From an uncultured Lachnospiraceae bacterium (lineage in GTDB: Bacteria > Bacillota > Clostridia > Lachnospirales > Lachnospiraceae), in assembly GCA_947589095.1 (NCBI GenBank), contig CANQBX010000008.1:2949-66948 (forward strand): DNA of 64,000 nucleotides. Reading direction: 5' to 3'. Positions 8,899 through 17,890 of the stretch are shown one piece after another; within the stretch, counting starts at the first letter, position 1, and every line of letters begins with the position of its first letter. A model generated the notes under the pieces. It made no database searches, was not told where the DNA came from, and saw only the letters and a list, made by a program, of their open reading frames with translations. A program made the translations under genes and the position numbers.

Positions 8899-10599
8899 GT
8901 GCTCAGACAGGAAGCGGAGAGGATCATCACAGAATATGTAAACCCGATCTTCGGCTTTGCCTTAAAGCGCTGCGGTAATGTCCACGACGCCGAGGATCTG
9001 TCGCAGGAGATCGTGACCCGGGCGTTTAAGGCGCTTCTTTTTCGGGACGACATCGAGGATACGCGCAAATTTATCTGGACCATCGCCCACAACACGCTGA
9101 ACAGCTATTACCGGGAGACGTCCCGGGGGATCGTGGGCGTTCCGCTTGAGGAAGCGGCTGAGGAGGTTTCCGATCCGGGCGCGGGGCCGGAAGGGGCGCT
9201 TGCAGCAGAGGAGGAGAGAAAAACCATCCGGCGGCTGCAGGAAGAGATCGCGTATCTGTCCAGGCTGCAGCGGCGGATCGTCATCGCGTATTATTTCGAA
9301 AACCGAAAGCAGGCGGACATCGCCCGCGAACTGGGGATTCCTCTCGGCACGGTCAAGTGGCATCTGTTCGAAGCAAAAAGGGAATTGAAAAGAGGGATGG
9401 ATAAAATGAGACAACCAGGCGATCTGAAATTCAATCCGATCCATTTTGATTCGTTCGGAATGAACGGAAAAAGCGGTACGAAATCCTTGGACGAGTTCTT
9501 CCGCTCCGCGCTGTCGCAGAATATCTGTTACTGCGTTCGGAAGACGGCAAAGACCGTAGGCGGGATCGCCGACGATCTGGGCGTTTCTCCGGTCTATGTG
9601 GAGACTGAGGTCGAATTTCTGGAGAAATATGGGTTCCTGCTGGAGAAGAACGGACGCTATATCGTGAATTTCCTGATCAGCGAGCCTACGGCGGAGCTTC
9701 TGACCATGCAGGATCGGATGTATAAGAAGGCGGCGGAGCTATTCGCCAACGATCTGTATGACGAGCTGACCGGAAGCGGGATTCTGGACGACCCGGGGAT
9801 TCTCTGCCGGCAGACGGACGGGCCGGTTACGCCTGCGGATAATGCCCGGGCGGATCCGAATTTCCTTCTGTGGACGCTGATCCCGCTCATCGCGTCCTGG
9901 TCCGGAGAGGAACGGATGGATAAATCGATCTCCTTTGAGGAGGTGATGACGATCCGGGCGGACGGCGGCCGGAATACCGTCCTCGCGACGGTGGTTCCTG
10001 ACGATCTGAAGCTGCCGGAGGATTATGTGTATCTGAACGGCTGGTGCGGCCCTTTGTGGAATGGGAGCGGTCCCGGCGGACGGATGCTGTGGCAGATAGA
10101 CAGCGAGTGGTCCGACCGGAATGAGGAAGGCCGGATGATGCATGCCGGCGAGGACGCGCTGCGCGTGATCGCCCTCTACGAGAGGGAGAGGATGGAGCGT
10201 CTCTCCCGGGATGAATACGCGTGGCTGGCGGAGCAGGGCTATGTGAAGACCTGCGGCGACTATGACGGCTTGTTTAAAGCGGCGTGGCAGATCGTGATAC
10301 TGGAAAACAGGGACATTCAGGCGCGTCTGATCGAGGTCGGGGACCGGATCAAGAGAAAGCACCAGGCGGAGTTTGAGGCGCTGAAAGCGCCTTATGTCAA
10401 AGCCTGGCTGGACATGGTTCCGGTTCATCTAAAGAAGCTCGGAGCTTATGAGATGCAGTTCATCTTCTCGGACGGGTGGTTCCTGGTCCACTGCGTCACG
10501 GCGCTCCTGCGGAATGGGAAGCTGAAGCCGCCGACGCCGGGACAGAGGAAGGCGCTGACGACGGTGCTGGGATTCAGCCGGAATGGGCGTGAGGGGTGA
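8899..10599 (+). CDS. ECF (sigma-70 family) sigma factor with a ~400-aa C-terminal extension
   Basis: Region 2 (DAEDLSQEI, FIWTIAHN) and region 4 (IARELGIPLGTVKWHL). GTG 8899 follows AAGGAGGT; ATG 8875 is an alternative start. Confidence 0.88.
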   Translation: MLRQEAERIITEYVNPIFGFALKRCGNVHDAEDLSQEIVTRAFKALLFRDDIEDTRKFIWTIAHNTLNSYYRETSRGIVGVPLEEAAEEVSDPGAGPEGALAAEEERKTIRRLQEEIAYLSRLQRRIVIAYYFENRKQADIARELGIPLGTVKWHLFEAKRELKRGMDKMRQPGDLKFNPIHFDSFGMNGKSGTKSLDEFFRSALSQNICYCVRKTAKTVGGIADDLGVSPVYVETEVEFLEKYGFLLEKNGRYIVNFLISEPTAELLTMQDRMYKKAAELFANDLYDELTGSGILDDPGILCRQTDGPVTPADNARADPNFLLWTLIPLIASWSGEERMDKSISFEEVMTIRADGGRNTVLATVVPDDLKLPEDYVYLNGWCGPLWNGSGPGGRMLWQIDSEWSDRNEEGRMMHAGEDALRVIALYERERMERLSRDEYAWLAEQGYVKTCGDYDGLFKAAWQIVILENRDIQARLIEVGDRIKRKHQAEFEALKAPYVKAWLDMVPVHLKKLGAYEMQFIFSDGWFLVHCVTALLRNGKLKPPTPGQRKALTTVLGFSRNGREG

Positions 10600-10661
10600 C
10601 TGGGAGAAGCTTAAAATGACGGGCGTCTGCGCACGGATTCGCTGTGTGACAGGCTTGTTTC

Positions 10662-10695
10662 AAGGCTCTTTTGTCTTCGGACGGGAGCCTTTTTG
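10662..10695 (+). terminator. Intrinsic terminator after the ECF gene
   Basis: AAGGCTC...GTC-TTCG-GAC...GAGCCTT followed by a T run. Confidence 0.6.
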
Positions 10696-10890
10696 TTGGA
10701 AACGCTCTTTTTCATTTTATGGTTTATTTTTATCGGATCCTGTATTATTATTAATACAGTACCGCTCTGATGCCGAAATACGCTTTTGGCGGAGCGATGC
10801 AGACGAGGAGAAAGCGGGATGTCAGGATCAGACGTTACGGAAACGTCCGTTAACGGGAAGGGCGAAAATGCCGGAAAGGACGAAATCGAC

Positions 10891-11196
10891 ATGACAGACG
10901 GGCAGAGAGAATGGCAGAGCGCGAGAACCCGGCTTATCGCCGCCATACAGCGGCTCGGCTTCCCCGCGGAGCTGGGTTATGTGGTGGCGCAGAACCTGGG
11001 CAGTCCGAAGGCGATGGAACGGATGATCTCCTACCTTACTTACGTGAAGCCGCGGAAAGCGGAGCTGGTCGTCGATGAGATGCTGGCGATCTGCGGCGAG
11101 ATCGACGCCTGGCGGGAGAAAAAGGCCGCCGAAGCGGCCAACGCCAGCTATAATGAGATGCTGTACTATGGGCTGGGGGAAGAAGAGGACGCATGA
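10891..11196 (+). CDS. Hypothetical protein (~101 aa)
   Basis: GC-rich codon usage; AAAGGA RBS before ATG 10891; helical sequence (LIAAIQRLGFPAELG...LGSPKAMERM). The track start at 10786 seems too early. Confidence 0.7.
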   Translation: MTDGQREWQSARTRLIAAIQRLGFPAELGYVVAQNLGSPKAMERMISYLTYVKPRKAELVVDEMLAICGEIDAWREKKAAEAANASYNEMLYYGLGEEEDA

Positions 11197-11242
11197 GAGG
11201 ATTCATTTTTTCCCAGATACGGAAAATACTTTTAACGATAAA

Positions 11243-11285
11243 GTAAAGAAAAATTAAGGCAATCTCCCGCAAAGTATGCTATACT
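11243..11285 (+). promoter_or_regulatory. 11-bp-period direct repeat GTAAAG-N5-TTAAGG plus extended -10 TGcTATACT upstream of the two-component operon
   Basis: Half sites at 11243-11248 and 11254-11259; -10 at 11280-11285. Confidence 0.5.
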
Positions 11286-11398
11286 GTTTACATATGAGCA
11301 TTATAATATCCGTCCGGACATACTGCGAGACGACGAATCATACAATACCCTGACCACCAACCCATCCCTTCGGGGAGGAACAAAGGAGGAAGTGTTTT

Positions 11399-12103
11399 AT
11401 GTCCCAGATGAATATACTTGTAGTAGACGATGAGCGTGAGATCGCCGATATGGTGGAGATATACCTGGTCAGCGACGGCTATAAGGTCTTCAAGGCGAAT
11501 AACGCCCAGGAGGGTCTGGATATTCTCGATAAGGAGGAGATCCACCTGGTTCTTTTAGACATCATGATGCCCGGCATGGACGGACTGGAGATGTGCCGGA
11601 GGATCCGGGAGACCAGCAATATTCCGATCATCATGATGAGCGCCAAGTCCACGGATCTGGACAAGATCCTGGGGCTGGGTACCGGCGCCGACGACTACGT
11701 GACGAAGCCGTTCAATACATTGGAGCTGACGGCCCGCGTCAAGTCCCAGCTGCGGCGGTACACGCAGCTGAATCCCAACAGCTCGGCCCGCGAGACAGAG
11801 AAGAACGAGATCGCGATCCGCGGCCTGGTGATCAATAAGGACAACCACAAGGTCACGGTCTTCGACGAGGAGATCAAGCTGACGCCCATCGAGTTCGACA
11901 TCCTGTATCTGCTGGCGTCGAATCCGGGGAAGGTGTTCAGCACCGACGAGATCTTTGAGCGGGTCTGGAACGAGAAGGTCTACGAGGCCAACAATACCGT
12001 TATGGTACATATCCGCCGCCTGCGCGGCAAGATGAAGGAAGATACGAGGGAGAATAAGATCATCACCACTGTGTGGGGGGTAGGATACAAAATTGAGAAA
12101 TGA
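11399..12103 (+). CDS. OmpR/PhoB-family response regulator
   Basis: ILVVDDE, LLDIMMPGMDG, ADDYVTKPF; winged helix VMVHIRRLRGK...TVWGVGY. Confidence 0.96.
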   Translation: MSQMNILVVDDEREIADMVEIYLVSDGYKVFKANNAQEGLDILDKEEIHLVLLDIMMPGMDGLEMCRRIRETSNIPIIMMSAKSTDLDKILGLGTGADDYVTKPFNTLELTARVKSQLRRYTQLNPNSSARETEKNEIAIRGLVINKDNHKVTVFDEEIKLTPIEFDILYLLASNPGKVFSTDEIFERVWNEKVYEANNTVMVHIRRLRGKMKEDTRENKIITTVWGVGYKIEK

Positions 12104-13250
12104 TATGAGCCGCAGGTATCATACCCGCGTCATCACCAACATCATTTACAGCGCGATCCTGGCCTGCCTGGTGGAAGTGTTCGTGGTCACAAACCTCTCC
12201 ATGGTGGGCCGTTATGCCGTTGAGAACGGTAAGGAGGGGAGTCTGGCCGCCATGTTCTATCGGCCGGAGGCTCTTGTTGTGGTACTTTATCTGCTTCTGG
12301 GGGTGGCGGTGTTCGCGGTTACGTTCCTCTTCCTGCAGCGGGACGCCCTGGAGTATATCACGAAGATCTCCGCGGCCATGCAGAACATCGCGGCCGGCGA
12401 TCTGAATACGTCGGTGGAGGTGGTCGGCGACGACGAGTTCTCCGTGATGGCCGCCAATATCAACCGGATGGTGGAAGAGATCCGGGAACTGATGGATAAG
12501 GAGAGGGAGTCGGAGCGGACGAAGAATGAGCTGATCACCAATGTGGCCCACGATCTGCGCACGCCGCTGACGTCCATCATAGGGTATCTGGAGCTGCTGT
12601 CCGGCCCGGTGCAGCTGGAGCCGGAGATGCAGGAGAAATACATAAATATCACCTACACCAAGGCGAAGCGTCTGCAGAAGCTGATCGAGGATCTGTTCGG
12701 CTTCACGAAGCTGAACTACGGCAAGATCTCCATGCGGGTGTCGCAGGTGGATATCATCAAGCTTCTGAGCCAGCTTCTGGAGGAATTCTACCCGAACTTC
12801 ATGGAGAAGGATCTCTCCTATGAGCTGCAGAGCAATGTGCCGTCCCAGGTGATCACCGCGGACGGGAACCTGCTGGCCCGCCTGTTCGATAACCTTCTGG
12901 GCAATGCGATCAAGTACGGCGCCGAGGGCAAGAAGATCCTGGTGAAGGTTCATGCCGATGCGGAGTTTGTGACCGTGTCGGTGACGAATTACGGTTATGT
13001 GATACCGAAGGAGGAGCTTCCGCTCCTGTTTGAGAAATTCTACCGGGTGGAACAGTCCCGTTCCACGAACACCGGAGGCACCGGTCTGGGACTGGCCATC
13101 GCCAAGAACATCGTGGAGATGCACGGAGGCACCATCGGCGTGACCAGCGATCTGAACGGCACGGTGTTCACGGTGAAGTTGCAGGTGAACTTCGATATCA
13201 ATAAGGAGCATTTCGGAAGCCCGGGGGACAGCCATGAATATGAGATGTAG
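12093..13250 (+). CDS. HAMP-domain sensor histidine kinase
   Basis: Two TM segments, HAMP, H box VAHDLRTPLTSI, N box DNLLGNAIKY, FEKFYRV, GTGLGLAI. Confidence 0.96.
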   Translation: MRNDMSRRYHTRVITNIIYSAILACLVEVFVVTNLSMVGRYAVENGKEGSLAAMFYRPEALVVVLYLLLGVAVFAVTFLFLQRDALEYITKISAAMQNIAAGDLNTSVEVVGDDEFSVMAANINRMVEEIRELMDKERESERTKNELITNVAHDLRTPLTSIIGYLELLSGPVQLEPEMQEKYINITYTKAKRLQKLIEDLFGFTKLNYGKISMRVSQVDIIKLLSQLLEEFYPNFMEKDLSYELQSNVPSQVITADGNLLARLFDNLLGNAIKYGAEGKKILVKVHADAEFVTVSVTNYGYVIPKEELPLLFEKFYRVEQSRSTNTGGTGLGLAIAKNIVEMHGGTIGVTSDLNGTVFTVKLQVNFDINKEHFGSPGDSHEYEM

Positions 13251-15786
13251 ATTATTTGCAGGGCCCATACTGTGTATGCTGGCCCTGTCGGCCGTGTTTA
13301 CGGTATTTGGGGCGGATGGCGCGGCGGGGCCGGCCGTAACGGAGGCGTCGGAGCAGGCGGAGGCAGCCGGTCAGGAGACGCTTTCCGGCCGCGGCCTTTC
13401 CATGGATGTGGCGTATGGCTATGATAACCGCGCCAAGGGCGGAAGATACGTACCGGTAGATGTAACCGTTTATAATCAGGACAGCGCGGAGTTTACGGGG
13501 AAGCTGAAGCTTCTGACCATGGAGTCGGACTACGATATCTACCGTTATGAGTATCCGGTCACGATCCCGGCGGCGGGTGCAAAAGCTCCGGCCGGGACCG
13601 GAAATACCGCGGATTTCGCCGCGTCACAGTCCGCCGGCGTTCTCCGTAAGCATATCTACGTTCCCATGGGGAACCGGGCGGACCGGATGTTCGTCAGTCT
13701 GACGGATGAGGAAGACGGCCTGATCCTTCACGAGCGTGTGGAACTGGATTTCAGCGTGGACATGCCGGAGCTGTTTATCGGAACGCTGACGGATTCGCCG
13801 GAGCTTCTGGCGGCATGGGACGGAATCGGCGTGGATTACAGCATGCTTCGGACCGAGGTGGTCAATTTCGATACGGAGACATTTCCGGAGGATGCGATGG
13901 GCCTGGACGTGATCGATGTGCTGCTGATCAGCAATTTCCGCATCCGCGATCTGTCCGCGGAGCAGAGCCAGGTGCTGGTGGAGTGGGTCCGCAGCGGCGG
14001 CACCATGATCCTCGGTACCGGCGAGCGGGCGGACGACACGCTGGGACGGTTCGCTCCGGAGCTTCTGGAGGAGTCCTACGATCCGCCGGAGACCCGCGAG
14101 GTGGATATGGGCGACCGCTATGCGCAGGAAAGTCCGGACGACGCGACGCTGACGATCCCATGTCTGGAGTTTTCTTTAGCCGGCGGGGACGTGCTCTTTG
14201 CCGACGAGCAGCAGGCTCTGGTGGCGTCGGTTTCCTACGGCAAGGGGACGATCGCGGTGGCGGCCTATGATTTCGCGGATATTTCCGGTTTCTGCAGCCG
14301 GAATCCGGCCTATTTGGACGACCTTCTGACGGCGGTCCTCGGTCAGACCCGGCTGTCGGAGCTGTCCCAGGAGGTATACAGCGGCAATTCGGACCGGTAC
14401 TGGTCGGTCCGGAATATGATCAACACGGGTAATGTCCGTCGGCTGCCGAACCTGAATCTTTATACGCTGGAGCTGGTCATCTATCTGCTTCTGGCCGGCC
14501 TGGTCATCTACATTTTCTTAAAGCAGAGGGACCTGACGGACTATTACCGCAGAACGGTCGTGGTTCTGTCGCTGCTGTTTACGGCGATCATTTATTTCAT
14601 GGGAAGCCGGACCCGCTTTACGGGAACCTTTTACAATTACGCCCGTTTCCTGGAAACGACCTTTGACTCGGTCAGCGAGACCTCCTATGTCAATATCCGG
14701 GCGCCCTATAACCGGGCCTATCAGGCGCGGGTGCCGTCCGGCTACTCGTTAAAGCCCATAACGCGAAGCTTTTACAGCGAGGAGAGCGTTCCGCGCTTCA
14801 CCGGCGGGGAGTCGCCGACCGTGGATCTGAGCTTCGGCCCGGAGGAGACGGTGATCTCCATTCAGGGAGTACCGGCTTTTGAACCGCGGTATTTTCAGAT
14901 GAACAAGGTGACGGAAAATACAGATTTTATCGGTTTTGACGGCGATCTGGAGATCGACGGCGGGGAAATGACCGGAAGCGTCACGAATCGGTTTACGGAG
15001 ACCGTGCGAGGCTGTGCGCTTCTGTTTAATAACCGGCTGATCTGCCTGGGCGATATGGAGCCGGGACAGACGGTTGAGCTGGACGGCCTGGAAACGCTTG
15101 AATATCCGAAGAATGCTTCCTATCAGGTGGCCGCTTATCTGTCCGGTGAGAGCGGTTTTGAACAGGCGGATATAAGCAGCGAGGAATACGTGGAGGCTTC
15201 GGAGAAATCCGATATGCTCAGCTTCTATCTGGACAACCATATGCCGTATTTCGCGGTTCCCAGCGCCAGGGTCATCGGGTTTACGGATACAGCGGACGTA
15301 AGCGGCGGTGCGGGGACCGGCCGGGACGGGGAGGGAATCACCATGGTTTCCTCGTCGGTGGCGGTCTATTCCAGCGACGAAGAGATGCTTTACCGGTCCG
15401 GGCTTGTGAAGACGCCGCGTGTGCTGGGCGGAAGCTACGATCCCGAGGCGAATGCCCTCTACGGCATCGATCCGGTGACGCTGGAATATTCCTTCGGAAC
15501 AGACGTACAGGTGGAGAAGCTGGAGCTTGATTACGTATCCGAGGTGTTTACGGATGCGGCCGGCAGCGATCTGGCGGTTTTTGCCGGAACTATTTATTTC
15601 TATAACCACCTGACCGGCGTTTATGACCGGATGGATCCGGCAAAAACGGAATACGGCGCCCACGAGCTGCTGCCGTACCTGACGGACGATAATCTGCTCA
15701 CGGTCCGTTATGTCTATGACAATATCAACCAGTATAACTGGAACATCCTGCTTCCGATGCTGAATATCGTGGGGAGGGAATATTGA
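13234..15786 (+). CDS. Large exported/membrane protein associated with an ABC transporter
   Basis: Signal peptide; central Rossmann-like segment (DVIDVLLIS...LVEWVRSGGTMILG); two TM helices near aa 410-460; large acidic C-terminal domain; cotranscribed with ABC genes. Confidence 0.8.
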   Translation: MNMRCRLFAGPILCMLALSAVFTVFGADGAAGPAVTEASEQAEAAGQETLSGRGLSMDVAYGYDNRAKGGRYVPVDVTVYNQDSAEFTGKLKLLTMESDYDIYRYEYPVTIPAAGAKAPAGTGNTADFAASQSAGVLRKHIYVPMGNRADRMFVSLTDEEDGLILHERVELDFSVDMPELFIGTLTDSPELLAAWDGIGVDYSMLRTEVVNFDTETFPEDAMGLDVIDVLLISNFRIRDLSAEQSQVLVEWVRSGGTMILGTGERADDTLGRFAPELLEESYDPPETREVDMGDRYAQESPDDATLTIPCLEFSLAGGDVLFADEQQALVASVSYGKGTIAVAAYDFADISGFCSRNPAYLDDLLTAVLGQTRLSELSQEVYSGNSDRYWSVRNMINTGNVRRLPNLNLYTLELVIYLLLAGLVIYIFLKQRDLTDYYRRTVVVLSLLFTAIIYFMGSRTRFTGTFYNYARFLETTFDSVSETSYVNIRAPYNRAYQARVPSGYSLKPITRSFYSEESVPRFTGGESPTVDLSFGPEETVISIQGVPAFEPRYFQMNKVTENTDFIGFDGDLEIDGGEMTGSVTNRFTETVRGCALLFNNRLICLGDMEPGQTVELDGLETLEYPKNASYQVAAYLSGESGFEQADISSEEYVEASEKSDMLSFYLDNHMPYFAVPSARVIGFTDTADVSGGAGTGRDGEGITMVSSSVAVYSSDEEMLYRSGLVKTPRVLGGSYDPEANALYGIDPVTLEYSFGTDVQVEKLELDYVSEVFTDAAGSDLAVFAGTIYFYNHLTGVYDRMDPAKTEYGAHELLPYLTDDNLLTVRYVYDNINQYNWNILLPMLNIVGREY

Positions 15787-15855
15787 TTCCGGAAAGCGCA
15801 CCGGCCGGCGGCCTTCAGGCCCGGCGGCGCATGCATATCGCGGGGAGGAATAGGG

Positions 15856-16806
15856 ATGCTGCGAATTGAGAATCTGAAGAAGGTCTTCGGCCGCGCGGTG
15901 GCCCTGGACGGACTGAATATGACGGTGGAGCCGGGGGCGCTCTACGGGTTCGTGGGACCGAACGGGGCCGGCAAGACCACGACGATCAAGACGATCATCG
16001 GCCTTCTGGCGCCGGACGAGGGGCGTGTGCTGGTCGGCGGCATCGATGTGGCCAGGGAGCCGGGCCGTGTGATGGCCCGCATCGGCTATGTGCCGGATTC
16101 CTTCGGCGTTTATGACAACCTGAAGGTGTCGGAGTACATGGAATTTTTTGCGTCCTGCTATGGACTGGCCGGGCTGAAGGCCAGAAAACGGGGCCAGATG
16201 CTGCTGGAGCAGGTGGGGCTGGACGATAAGGCGGATTTCTACGTGGAGGGACTTTCCCGCGGCATGCAGCAGCGCCTCTGCCTTGCGAGGGCGCTGATCC
16301 ACAATCCGCCGGTCCTGATCATGGATGAGCCGACGGCCGGTCTGGATCCGCGGACCCGGTATGAGTTTAAGGAGATCCTGAAGGAACTGCAGAATCAGGG
16401 AAAGACGATCCTGATCAGTTCCCATATCCTGCCGGAGCTGGCGGAGATATGCACGGATATCGGCGTAGTGGATCAGGGCCGGATGGTATTTGAAGGGACT
16501 ATGGAGGAGATCCTGGAGCAGATCAATGTGGCAAGCCCGCTTCTGATCTCCGTAAGCGGAAGCCAGCAGGAGGCGCTTAAGCTTCTGCGGGCCCATCCGG
16601 AGGTGGAGACGGTTACGATCCGGGAGGAGGATATCGTAGTGGGATTCTCCGGCGGCAAGAAGGAGGAGGGAGCCCTGCTCAGGCAGCTGGTCGACGCGGG
16701 AGTGAATGTCTACGGTTTCGTGCGGGAGCGGGGGAACCTGGAGTCTGTGTTTATGCAGATTACGGATCACAGCGACGAGGAGGTGGTACTGATCCATGAG
16801 GATTAA
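15856..16806 (+). CDS. ABC transporter ATP-binding protein (ABC-2 type)
   Basis: GPNGAGKTT, LSRGMQQR, IMDEPT, SSH. Confidence 0.96.
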   Translation: MLRIENLKKVFGRAVALDGLNMTVEPGALYGFVGPNGAGKTTTIKTIIGLLAPDEGRVLVGGIDVAREPGRVMARIGYVPDSFGVYDNLKVSEYMEFFASCYGLAGLKARKRGQMLLEQVGLDDKADFYVEGLSRGMQQRLCLARALIHNPPVLIMDEPTAGLDPRTRYEFKEILKELQNQGKTILISSHILPELAEICTDIGVVDQGRMVFEGTMEEILEQINVASPLLISVSGSQQEALKLLRAHPEVETVTIREEDIVVGFSGGKKEEGALLRQLVDAGVNVYGFVRERGNLESVFMQITDHSDEEVVLIHED

Positions 16807-17677
16807 TCCGATCTACCGGCAGGAGAGCCGGGCGGGAGCCAGATCGTTCAAGCTGCCCCTTATCATTCTGGGGTTCAATTCCGTACTGGCGGTCGTGGCG
16901 CTTCTCTACATGTATTCGATGATCTCCCAGGTGCGGCTGACGGCGGAGATCCAGTACTCCAGCTTTCTGGGACTTTACAGCTTCGTGGCGACGATGGAAT
17001 TTGTTCTGCTTCTGTTCATTATTCCCGGACTGACCGCGGGCAGCATCAGCGGCGAGCGGGAGAGGCAGACGCTGGATCTGATGCTGACGACCCGGCTGAA
17101 AGCGTCGGATATCGTGCTGGGAAAGCTGGTCCAGGGGCTTTCGACGGTATTTCTGCTGATCGTGTCCAGCTTCCCGATCCTGGGGCTGGTCTTCATCTAC
17201 GGAGGCGTGACGATGCCGGATGTGGGTCTGCTGCTTTTGTGCTATGTGGTTACGGCGGTGCTTCTGGGAAGCGCCGGTCTTTTCTGCTCCGCGGTTATGC
17301 GGCGTTCTACCATGGCGACGGTAGCCGCGTATCTGGTAGTGGTTATTCTGAACGCGGGGACGCTGGTTGTGAATTATCTGGCGGACGGCCTTGGGGAAAT
17401 GACCCGGACAGGCGGGAGCGCAAAGGCCGGCTGGCCGATGTATCTGCTTCTTTGGAATCCGGCGGCCACATTCCAGACGGTCCTAAACGGCCAGATGGGC
17501 AGCGGCAGCGGACTGGCGCCTATTTTCCCGCAGCTGGACCGGATCGCGGATATGGGGCCGGCCGGCCGCTTCTGGCTGCCGCTCAGCATGGCCCTGCAGC
17601 TTCTGACGGCGGCGGCCTTTCTCTGGGGCGCGGTGAGAAATACGAAGCCGGGACGGCGCAGGCGCCGCCTGAGCTGA
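16796..17677 (+). CDS. ABC transporter permease (ABC-2 / GldF-like)
   Basis: About six TM segments; ISGERERQTLDLMLTT...IVLGK motif. Confidence 0.9.
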   Translation: MRINPIYRQESRAGARSFKLPLIILGFNSVLAVVALLYMYSMISQVRLTAEIQYSSFLGLYSFVATMEFVLLLFIIPGLTAGSISGERERQTLDLMLTTRLKASDIVLGKLVQGLSTVFLLIVSSFPILGLVFIYGGVTMPDVGLLLLCYVVTAVLLGSAGLFCSAVMRRSTMATVAAYLVVVILNAGTLVVNYLADGLGEMTRTGGSAKAGWPMYLLLWNPAATFQTVLNGQMGSGSGLAPIFPQLDRIADMGPAGRFWLPLSMALQLLTAAAFLWGAVRNTKPGRRRRRLS

Positions 17678-17727
17678 ACGGCCGCGCTGCAAACTGGTCT
17701 GTCTGCGCTGAACTTGTGTCGTAATAC

Positions 17728-17756
17728 TTGCACTTTATGGCATATTTTGGTATTAT
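17728..17756 (+). promoter_or_regulatory. Sigma-A-type promoter TTGCAC-N17-TATTAT (extended TG)
   Basis: -35 at 17728-17733, -10 at 17751-17756, upstream of the SPFH operon. Confidence 0.6.
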
Positions 17757-17890
17757 GGTATAGTAGTGGGGAAAGAACCGACGGCGTCTGCGCCGATCGG
17801 TGTTCGACGGATATTTCCATCGAGACGTCAGCCGAGATGGTTATATATGCTTTTTGCAAATGAGCAATCTGTTGATAAGGAGGAGAGAGA

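Noticed and set aside
14749-16797. 682-aa minus-strand ORF, and similar long antisense ORFs (3054-4613, 12063-13268, 41926-43518, 44298-45764, 49905-51380)
   Set aside because: Shadow frames opposite well-supported genes; expected with G/C-ending codon bias; no recognisable motifs.
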